From IMG/VR virus record IMGVR_UViG_3300016471_000863: a DNA stretch of 64,000 bases; one strand, given 5' to 3'. Under the pieces are notes generated by a model that had not been told where the DNA came from, did not search any database, and saw only the letters and a program-made list of their open reading frames with translations. Origin of the DNA: a virus. Below, piece after piece: positions 51,536-59,624 of the stretch; within the stretch, counting starts at the first letter, position 1, and every line of letters starts with the position of its first letter. The position numbers and the translations under genes are program-made.

Positions 51536-54500
51536 ATGGCAGAACAAATTTTTAAATTTCCAGGATTTTTTGATAGAGAAATAGATTTAACCGCACAAAC
51601 ATCATCTCCCGTAGGAATTCCAGCAGGAGTTGTTGGTGCATCTGAAAAGGGTCAAGCTTTTATTCCATACACTGTGGGATCTTTTAGTGATTTCATCACT
51701 AAGTTTGGTGATTTAGATCCAAATTTAGCTGCTCCATATGCTGTAGAAAAATTTCTACAAAATAGAAATGCACTTACCTTTATAAGAGTATTAGGCGCAG
51801 GTTCCAATACGACAAGTGTTGATTTTGAAGCAACTCGTACAAAAGGCACGGTAAAAAATGCTGGCTTTAAAGTTGTCGGAACTGCTGTTGGTGGAACTGA
51901 TGGCAGACAAAAGGGAGCAGTACAATTTATAGTTGCAAAACATAAAGTGTCTGGTTCCGAAGCTGTAGGCTTTCCTATTTTTACAGATAATCAAAGCTAT
52001 CCAAAAATGACTTCTGGCACGGCTGATGATGAAGTAAATGTAGTGCGTGCTCAAATATTCTGTGCTTCAGATTCTAGAATAATGTTACTAAGTCACAATG
52101 AAAATTGGGGTAGTTCTGTAGATGATTTTGCTACCGCAACTGGATCTGTAGGTGTAAATTATGTACCTGCTAGATTTAAATTAGTAATTTCCTCCTCTCA
52201 GGGTGCATCATTTGGTAATAGTGACGGCTTTGCGGGATTAAGAATTTATACAGCCAGCCTAGATCCAAGTGATCAGAATTATGTTGGAAAACTTCTCAAT
52301 AAAGATCCGCAAAAATTCGAAGAAGAAAGGCACTACCTCTATTCTGATTTTGCTGTTGATGCTGAAATTGCTTCATTGTCAACTGGATCAGATTGTGTTG
52401 CTATACTTTCTGGTTCAAGCACAACTTCTCTTGCCGGAAATTCTTTCCTAGAAACTTATGGAAGATTTGACACGAGATATACTACTCCTTCAACTCCATG
52501 GTTTATTTCTCAACCATTTGGCGGGATAGAATATGATCTCTTTAGAATTGAATCTCGTGATGATGGAGCATACGCTAACAGCAGATATAAGATTTCAATT
52601 ACAAATATAGTAGCCTCAAGTAATCCAAATAACCTATATGGAACATTTACTGTAGCTGTTCGTGAATTCGATGATAGCGACTTCCAGCCAAGAGTAATTG
52701 AACAATTCGTAAATGTAACTCTTGATCCAAATTCTGATACATATATTGCGAAAGTAATTGGCGATAGAAGTGCATACTTTAATTTTGATGCATTGGAGCC
52801 AAGTGATAGAAGAATTATTACCAGCGGCAAGCATCTCAACAGATCAAATTATATTAGGGTTGTAATGAATCCTGAATTAGAAGCAGGAAATATTCCAGTC
52901 AATGCTTTACCATTTGGTTTCAGAGGTCCACAATTGTTGAATACAAATTCAACATTAACAGATGTTACAGGCTCAGTCTTTAGATTAGCTGGCTCTGGAT
53001 CTGCTGTTGGTTCCAACGGTGATCTACTTGGTTCTATAGTGCCACCTATGCCATATAGATTTAAAGTCACAAGAGGCGAAGTAGATTCGAGCCCATCTTA
53101 TGTCGGAGAACCTGGTATTCTAGAAATAGCAGATTCAAGATATTATTGGGGTGTTAAGTTTGAAAGAACAACTGATGTTCTTAATTCAAATATCGATCCT
53201 CTACAAAATAACTTAATTAAATCTCTAACACAGTTTGGTGGTATTTCAAAATTAGATGCTATAGTAACTGGTTCTTATACTGATCAATTTAATAGTAATA
53301 AATTTACCTTAGCTAAGGTTGCTCTATTTAATTCGTCTATTTCTGATGTGACAGCTTCATCAAATGTTCACATGAGAGAAGCTTCTTATATAAGAGATGG
53401 TGTACCAGATGTTACAAACTACACAATAACAGATGTTTTGTCGGGCACTCCAAGAGTTACGCTCGCAAGCCTACTGCAAAAAGCATCAGCTTCAACTTTT
53501 AATATTTTCTCAAATTATACTAAATTTACCACTATAATGTTTGGTGGTTTTGATGGTACTAATATTCTGGATAAGAACGCAGCATCATTAAATGACAGAG
53601 CTACCTCTACAGAAAACAGAGGAACAATAAGAGGTAATTGCAATTCTTCTTTCGTTTCTCCTGGTCTTGCAACAAACGTAAACGGTGTTGGCATACAGAA
53701 TAATACAGTAGCTTCATACAGGGCTGCTCTTGACATAATCACGAATCCACTATTATCAAATGTTAATCTTCTTGCAATACCAGGGCAAAGAGATCCATTG
53801 GTAGCAGATTACGCCAGAAGCGTAAATCAAGATTACGGTCTTTCTATGTATCTAATGGATATACCAAATTATAATGATCAGCAACAAAGAATTTGGGATG
53901 GCGATCCTGTAAATTCTGGCACCATCATTAGCGTTCCAGATACTGCCTCTATATTTGAATCAAGAAATATAGATGATACTCTGGTTGCAGCATACTTCCC
54001 AGATGTTGTTATTAATGATGCAAGAAACAACAGAAGAGTAACGGTTCCTGCAACCGTAGCTGCTCTGGCAGCTCTTGGATACAATGACAAAGTTGCATTC
54101 CCATGGTTTGCCCCTGCTGGCTTTAATCGTGCAGCACTAGATTTCGTATCTCTTACAAGAACACGATTGAATCAATCTGATCGTGAGCGGTTATATCAGG
54201 TAAGGGTTAATCCGATTGTTAAATTCCCAAGAGAAAATTATGTAATCTTTGCTCAAAAAACGCTTGATAATAATCAAACTTCTCTTGATAGCATCAATGT
54301 TCAAAGAATGGTTCTTGATGTCAAGAAACAAGTAATTGATGTTGGCAATAGATTGATTTTCGAACAATTGACTCCGGCATTAAGACAGCAGTTTGTTAAG
54401 AATGTTACCCCGATCTTAACAAATGTTCAGAGTAGAGGTGGTTTGCAACAGTTCAAAGTTATTTGCGATAACACAAATAATACTAATTTGGATGTTGAAA

Positions 54501-54601
54501 ACAACAGAATGAATGCAAAAATCTTACTTGTGCCAGTTAAAGCAGTAGAATTTATCGCAATCGACTTTATTATCACAAGAGCGGGTGTGGAGTTCGTCTG
54601 A
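51536..54601 (+). CDS. Contractile tail sheath protein (copy 1)
   Basis: FPGFFDREIDLT, GGFDG, LLAIPG, AAYFPDV, PWFAPAGFNRA, VNPIVKFP, INVQRM, PVKAVEFIAIDF. Confidence 0.95.
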   Translation: MAEQIFKFPGFFDREIDLTAQTSSPVGIPAGVVGASEKGQAFIPYTVGSFSDFITKFGDLDPNLAAPYAVEKFLQNRNALTFIRVLGAGSNTTSVDFEATRTKGTVKNAGFKVVGTAVGGTDGRQKGAVQFIVAKHKVSGSEAVGFPIFTDNQSYPKMTSGTADDEVNVVRAQIFCASDSRIMLLSHNENWGSSVDDFATATGSVGVNYVPARFKLVISSSQGASFGNSDGFAGLRIYTASLDPSDQNYVGKLLNKDPQKFEEERHYLYSDFAVDAEIASLSTGSDCVAILSGSSTTSLAGNSFLETYGRFDTRYTTPSTPWFISQPFGGIEYDLFRIESRDDGAYANSRYKISITNIVASSNPNNLYGTFTVAVREFDDSDFQPRVIEQFVNVTLDPNSDTYIAKVIGDRSAYFNFDALEPSDRRIITSGKHLNRSNYIRVVMNPELEAGNIPVNALPFGFRGPQLLNTNSTLTDVTGSVFRLAGSGSAVGSNGDLLGSIVPPMPYRFKVTRGEVDSSPSYVGEPGILEIADSRYYWGVKFERTTDVLNSNIDPLQNNLIKSLTQFGGISKLDAIVTGSYTDQFNSNKFTLAKVALFNSSISDVTASSNVHMREASYIRDGVPDVTNYTITDVLSGTPRVTLASLLQKASASTFNIFSNYTKFTTIMFGGFDGTNILDKNAASLNDRATSTENRGTIRGNCNSSFVSPGLATNVNGVGIQNNTVASYRAALDIITNPLLSNVNLLAIPGQRDPLVADYARSVNQDYGLSMYLMDIPNYNDQQQRIWDGDPVNSGTIISVPDTASIFESRNIDDTLVAAYFPDVVINDARNNRRVTVPATVAALAALGYNDKVAFPWFAPAGFNRAALDFVSLTRTRLNQSDRERLYQVRVNPIVKFPRENYVIFAQKTLDNNQTSLDSINVQRMVLDVKKQVIDVGNRLIFEQLTPALRQQFVKNVTPILTNVQSRGGLQQFKVICDNTNNTNLDVENNRMNAKILLVPVKAVEFIAIDFIITRAGVEFV

Positions 54602-54637
54602 GAATAATAGTTAAATAATAGAATATTGGAGTACTAA

Positions 54638-57604
54638 ATGACACAAATATCGTTTAAATCTGCTGGAGTCTCAGCGAGAACAGTTAATCTAACCGGTCCT
54701 ACGGCAATACAGCCCACAGGAATCCCTGCTGGTGTAATCGGACCTTCTCTAAAGGGTCCAGCATATGTTCCAGTAACGGTCGCTACAAGTCAAGACTTTA
54801 ATGTAATTTTCGGAAATCCTACAGATAATTTCAATTATGGACCATTATCTGTAAGCGAATGGTTAAGAAATCAGGGCTCTGCAACTTATATTAGAGTATT
54901 AGGAATTGGAAATGGTCAAGCCAGAAGCACAGAAGGCTTAAATGCTGGCAGAGTCGTTAATGCAGGTTTCGTAGTTGGAGATTTGCAGCCGCAAGAAGAT
55001 GGTAGACTAGCAGCAAATCCATATGCTAATGCCGGTGGCGACCTTGGTAGAACCTATTTCTTAGGTTGCTTCATGAGTCAAAGTTTAAATTCTTCTGTCT
55101 TTACTGACGCCGGATTATCTGGTGCTGGTGTTCCGATTGTAAGAGCAGTATTATTGGCTCCATCTGGCGTATTACTTAGTCTATCCTCTGCAAGAGACAC
55201 AAACAATGCAATTACTTCAGCAACGGTAGGTGCAGTCGGAAGTGCTCTCGGTGCTTCAACTGGCTCTCTTGTGTTGTCGGCATCGAGACAAGAATTCGTA
55301 ATGCTTCTAAATGGACACAAAGGAAATGATACGCAAAATCCAAATGTTTTAACTGCATCATTTGATATTGAAGCGCCAAATTATTTCGGCAACGTATTCA
55401 ATACAGATCCAGATAATTTCCAGAAAGCTGGTCACTTGCTTTATGCCGAGTATAAGTTGTCTCCAAGTCTAGCGGTTCCAACCGGATCTTCAATCGTTAT
55501 TGCTGCTTCTGGAAGTACCGGAGTTGAAAATATTGCATTCCTAATTACCGGTTCCGTAGCCAGAAATTCTGGAAGCTCAACAGCGCCAAATTATGAAAAC
55601 TTTGAAGATAGATTCAGAACAGCTAAGTCTCCATGGGTAGTTTCTCAGAAATTTGGCGGAGCTGTTCAAAATCTATTTAGAGTTCATTCACTAGATGATG
55701 GCTTGTATCCAAATGCTCAAATTAAATTTTCAATAGAAAATATAACCCCAAGCAATACATCAGATCCATATGGAATATTCGATCTTGTTGTAAGAAGTTT
55801 CTCAGATAATGATAAAGCAAAGGTTGTCCTTGAAGCATTTAGAGGCGTCAGTCTAAATCCAGGTTCAGATAGATATATCGCTAAAGTTGTCGGTGATTAC
55901 AATACGTACTATGATCTAGATCAGACTTTAAGCGCACAAAAACTTATTACGGTTGGAGATTATACAAATAATTCAAAATATATTCGCGTAGAAATGGCTG
56001 ATAAAGTAGCAGCAGCCGAAGTAGATCCATCAGCATTACCATTTGGTGTTCGTGGATTGCCGCACTTAGTTACCTCTGGCTCTGCTCTTGCTTCACAAGT
56101 TGATGCAAATTACTATCAAATATCTACAAATATATTTAACGGAACTGTACAAATGCCAGTTCCATTTAGACAAAATCTAAATCGTGGAACAGGTGCTGCA
56201 CAAAGTGCTGATCCGGGGCTTTACTGGGGTATTCAGTTTGAACAAAAAATCTCTGCAACTGAACTAAACTCCTCAACAGTACCAGATGTAACCTTAGAGA
56301 GTCTTACAAAATATTTCCCAGATTTCCAAAAAGGTTTCATAAATGTAGTTGTATCAGATAACGCTGGTGTTGCAGATGGAGCAAACGGTATCGTAGATGC
56401 AGATAGATTTAACAACAATCTATTCTCTCTAGGAAATATCAGAGTTCCATATATCTCAGGCTCAACATCTGTTGATACCGTTAACGTTGTAAGTTGGTCT
56501 TATGTAAGACAAGGCGGTATAACAACTGATACGGTTAACTTTACTCGTGCGTTAGCTGTAGATGATCTTCTAGATCCAACGGTAAGAAGATTATCTAAGT
56601 TTAACTTCTGCCTACAAGGTGGATTCGATGGCGTAAGAATTTTCGATAAACAAACAAGATTATTTACCGATGTAGCAGTTTATCAAGAAATGCAACATTC
56701 AAATCGTGGAACAATCAATGGCGCTACAGTTTCTGCATACAACAAAGCATTAGATTTAATTTCCGATGCAACAGAAGTTGATATCCAACTACTAACAATT
56801 CCAGGATTACGTCATCCAATTATCACAGATAGAGCACTACAGGTTGTAGAAGATAGATTTGATGCGCTCTACATCATGGATATTCAAGAAAAAGATATCA
56901 ACAATAATCTAGTCTCATCTAGTAATCAAATTGTTTCTGTACCAAATACAGTTCTTGATTTCACAGGAAGAGGTATCAACACCTCATTCGGAGCAGCCTA
57001 TTTCCCAGACGTTATTCTAAGAGATACAGTTAACAATACAGTTCGTCAAGTGCCACCATCAGTTGCTGTCCTTGGAGCATTCGGTAAAAATGACTCCGTA
57101 TCATACCCATGGTTCGCACCAGCAGGCTTTACCAGAGGTGCCCTAGAAACGACTCTAGAAACCTCTGTGCAGCTTTCTAGACTAAACCTAGATGATCTAT
57201 ACTCCGCAAGACTAAACCCCCTTACGTCCTTCCCAGGAAGCGGTGGAGTGGTAGTCTGGGGTCAAAAGACAATGCTTACAAAAGAGTCAGCTCTTGAAAG
57301 AGTAAATGTTCGTAGACTTCTCATAGATCTTCGTCGCCAAGTAAAAAGAATTGCAAATCGTATCGTATTCGAACAAGGTTTGCCAGAAACACTTGCTCGC
57401 TTCTCACAACTTGTAACTCCAATCCTCAAGAGAGTACAAGATCAGAATGGCGTAGATCGTTATCTAGTCAAAATTGACACAAGTACAACAACTCAAGCAG
57501 ATTTCGAAAACAAGACAATCCGTGGTAAGATTTATATCCAGCCAACTCGTACTCTTGAATTCTTGTCAATTGACTTCGTACTTAGTAACCCTGGCACAAT
57601 CTGA
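54638..57604 (+). CDS. Contractile tail sheath protein (copy 2)
   Basis: SAGVSARTVNLT, GGFDG, AAYFPDV, PWFAPAGFTRG, LNPL, WGQKT, RVNVRRLL, PTRTLEFLSIDF. Confidence 0.95.
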   Translation: MTQISFKSAGVSARTVNLTGPTAIQPTGIPAGVIGPSLKGPAYVPVTVATSQDFNVIFGNPTDNFNYGPLSVSEWLRNQGSATYIRVLGIGNGQARSTEGLNAGRVVNAGFVVGDLQPQEDGRLAANPYANAGGDLGRTYFLGCFMSQSLNSSVFTDAGLSGAGVPIVRAVLLAPSGVLLSLSSARDTNNAITSATVGAVGSALGASTGSLVLSASRQEFVMLLNGHKGNDTQNPNVLTASFDIEAPNYFGNVFNTDPDNFQKAGHLLYAEYKLSPSLAVPTGSSIVIAASGSTGVENIAFLITGSVARNSGSSTAPNYENFEDRFRTAKSPWVVSQKFGGAVQNLFRVHSLDDGLYPNAQIKFSIENITPSNTSDPYGIFDLVVRSFSDNDKAKVVLEAFRGVSLNPGSDRYIAKVVGDYNTYYDLDQTLSAQKLITVGDYTNNSKYIRVEMADKVAAAEVDPSALPFGVRGLPHLVTSGSALASQVDANYYQISTNIFNGTVQMPVPFRQNLNRGTGAAQSADPGLYWGIQFEQKISATELNSSTVPDVTLESLTKYFPDFQKGFINVVVSDNAGVADGANGIVDADRFNNNLFSLGNIRVPYISGSTSVDTVNVVSWSYVRQGGITTDTVNFTRALAVDDLLDPTVRRLSKFNFCLQGGFDGVRIFDKQTRLFTDVAVYQEMQHSNRGTINGATVSAYNKALDLISDATEVDIQLLTIPGLRHPIITDRALQVVEDRFDALYIMDIQEKDINNNLVSSSNQIVSVPNTVLDFTGRGINTSFGAAYFPDVILRDTVNNTVRQVPPSVAVLGAFGKNDSVSYPWFAPAGFTRGALETTLETSVQLSRLNLDDLYSARLNPLTSFPGSGGVVVWGQKTMLTKESALERVNVRRLLIDLRRQVKRIANRIVFEQGLPETLARFSQLVTPILKRVQDQNGVDRYLVKIDTSTTTQADFENKTIRGKIYIQPTRTLEFLSIDFVLSNPGTI

Positions 57605-57630
57605 TTAAAAATCAATTCAACAAACATTAG

Positions 57631-57660
57631 CCACTAGATTTATTTCTAGTGGTTTTTGTT
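57631..57660 (+). terminator. Intrinsic terminator after the sheath genes
   Basis: CCACTAGA-N6-TCTAGTGG followed by TTTTTGTTTT. Confidence 0.85.
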
Positions 57661-57760
57661 TTTGTATGCAAAATACATATTTATAACAGTCGATAAGCAA
57701 CTTGTTTCCCTACTGCTTCCGCAGTTAATTTTTACATAAAGTTGCATATAAAGGAAGTGT

Positions 57761-58354
57761 ATGAAAGTTACAATTACAGAATTACGAAAACTAATAGCAG
57801 AAGCAATAAAAGAATGCGGCGATATGTGGGTTGAACCAAGTCCAGAAATGGACACAGCAAAACCTAAAATGAATCTAAATGGCTCAAAATCTGATCCATA
57901 TTCGCAATTAAGTCCATTGGCAGATGAAGCTGCCCTCATGTCTCCTCCAGAAACAGCAGTAGGAGAAGATGAATACATGTCCACCAACCCAGCAAGGGAA
58001 GATATGATTCCAAAAATGACTTTACTTCTTCCATTACAAGAAAAAGAAAGAAAGAAAAAATGGATGCAAGCCGCTGTTAAAAAACCAGGAGCATTGTCAA
58101 AAGCTCTAGGAGTACCAGAAGAAGAAAATATACCAATGAGTCTTCTTCAGAAGAAAAAAACTCAACTTAGCAAAAAAGCAGAAGGCGATAAAAAACTATC
58201 CGCAAATGAAAGAAAACTTCTTCAAAGAATTAATTTTGCAATCACCGCTAAAAAACAAGCCGGAAAGAAAAAAAAGAAACCAGCAAAAAAAATAGATGAA
58301 TCTTTCATCAGAAAAGAAATCGCTAGAATAATAAAAGAAACATTAAGCAAATAA
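57761..58354 (+). CDS. Protein with N- and C-terminal leader modules flanking a basic domain
   Basis: MKVTITELRKLIAEAIKE; KWMQAAVKKPGALSKALGVP; IDESFIRKEIARIIKETLSK. Confidence 0.8.
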   Translation: MKVTITELRKLIAEAIKECGDMWVEPSPEMDTAKPKMNLNGSKSDPYSQLSPLADEAALMSPPETAVGEDEYMSTNPAREDMIPKMTLLLPLQEKERKKKWMQAAVKKPGALSKALGVPEEENIPMSLLQKKKTQLSKKAEGDKKLSANERKLLQRINFAITAKKQAGKKKKKPAKKIDESFIRKEIARIIKETLSK

Positions 58355-58470
58355 CCTTCTAAATAAAAGTAAATTGTAAAATTTATTATAAAATTTTAGT
58401 TGAATACATATTTATTTCCAGCAATCAAAAATTTGCAAAACTTACTTAAGCAACATTAAAGGTATTTAAA

Positions 58471-58962
58471 ATGGCTGAAACACTATCCGTAACAGATATG
58501 CTACCAACAAAGTTTGAACCCCTCGCAAAACGTAGGTTCATTCTCGCAATCGAAGGTATCGACTCCTTCCTAGTCAAAACAGGCAACAGACCAACGATGG
58601 CTACAACCGAAGTTGCAATCAACTGGATCAATAGTACTCGCTATGTTGCTGGTAAAACAAAGTTTGAAACAATGCAGTTTACACTACATGACCCAATCGC
58701 TCCATCAGGTGCTCAACAAGTCATGGAATGGATCCGATCCTGCTTCGAAAGCGTCTCCGGTCGTGGAGGCTACTCAGATTTCTATAAACGTGATATCCAA
58801 CTTAAAATGTTAGATCCAGTCGGAACCGTCGTTCAACTTTGGGATATTAAAGGTGCCTTCGTAACAAATGCTACCTTCGGTGATGTTACCTATGAAGACG
58901 ATTCAGCTATGTCAGAAATCCAGGTCACAGTTAGGTACGATAATTGCGTACTTCAATTTTAG
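58471..58962 (+). CDS. Tail tube protein (T4 gp19-like)
   Basis: FEPLAKRRF, YVAGK, LHDPIAPSGAQQVMEW, YKRDI.LKMLDPVG.VVQLW.IKGAF, IQVTVRYD. Confidence 0.92.
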   Translation: MAETLSVTDMLPTKFEPLAKRRFILAIEGIDSFLVKTGNRPTMATTEVAINWINSTRYVAGKTKFETMQFTLHDPIAPSGAQQVMEWIRSCFESVSGRGGYSDFYKRDIQLKMLDPVGTVVQLWDIKGAFVTNATFGDVTYEDDSAMSEIQVTVRYDNCVLQF

Positions 58963-59043
58963 AATTCGATTCGACAATTGCATCTTACATTAATCGTAAT
59001 AGAATACAATAGTCAATATAATTCTTAATAGTTCCTAACAAAT

Positions 59044-59078
59044 ATATGCTATACTCACCACAAAGGAGTATAGCATAT
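59044..59078 (+). promoter_or_regulatory. RBS/start-codon-sequestering hairpin
   Basis: Perfect 13-bp stem ATATGCTATACTC / GAGTATAGCATAT with 9-nt loop, covering part of AAGGAG and the AT of ATG 59077. Confidence 0.8.
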
Positions 59079-59415
59079 GTCATTTAAGTGTCCCAAATGT
59101 GATCATCAATATGATAACATAACTTCAATATCAAAACATTGGAGCCGAACGCACAATGAAAAAACAAAAACTCTTTACATGCAGCTAAATAATTTAACTG
59201 CTCCACCAACATGTAATTGTGGCTGCGGAGAGGAAGTTGAGTTTTTGAGTGCTGGCAAAGGGTTTTGCAGTTACATACGTGGACACAAAGCAAGAGTTAT
59301 AAAGCATTTTAATGCTTATCCTATACGGATCTCCTGTCTGGATGAAATCTGTATTAAACATGAATATACAGAATACTTTTATATTTTTTTTAAAATATTG
59401 TATGGTAATTCATAG
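59077..59415 (+). pseudogene. Zn-finger protein, probably a truncated homing-endonuclease remnant
   Basis: C2H2 CPKC...HWSRTH plus PTCNCGCG...YIRGH, typical N-terminal modules of phage HEGs; no nuclease domain follows and the tail overlaps a convergent gene. Confidence 0.55.
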
Positions 59416-59624
59416 AACTTATCTTCGATAAGGAATACGCCTATAGAATCGCTATCGGAATCTTCGATATACATGACCACGGTATTTGGCGGTAGCAATC
59501 GTTTAATAAACGGGGCAAACAAACCTTTAAATTCAAGTTTTGGAAACCATGTACCTTCTTCGGTTTTTATTAATTGAAAACCTTCCCAGGTAGAAATTGT
59601 GATAAATAATTCTCCAGGTTTCAT
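59379..59624 (-). CDS. Hypothetical small beta-barrel-like protein (paralog family)
   Basis: MKPGELFIT...TVVMYIE...GVFLIEDKFYEL. Confidence 0.65.
   Translation of the reverse strand: MKPGELFITISTWEGFQLIKTEEGTWFPKLEFKGLFAPFIKRLLPPNTVVMYIEDSDSDSIGVFLIEDKFYELPYNILKKI

Noticed and set aside
49525-58962. Bacterial eCIS/tailocin or prophage in a cellular chromosome
   Set aside because: Context (inteins, Hef-like HEG, neck protein, many phage-type hypotheticals, no housekeeping operons or integrase) fits a large phage genome
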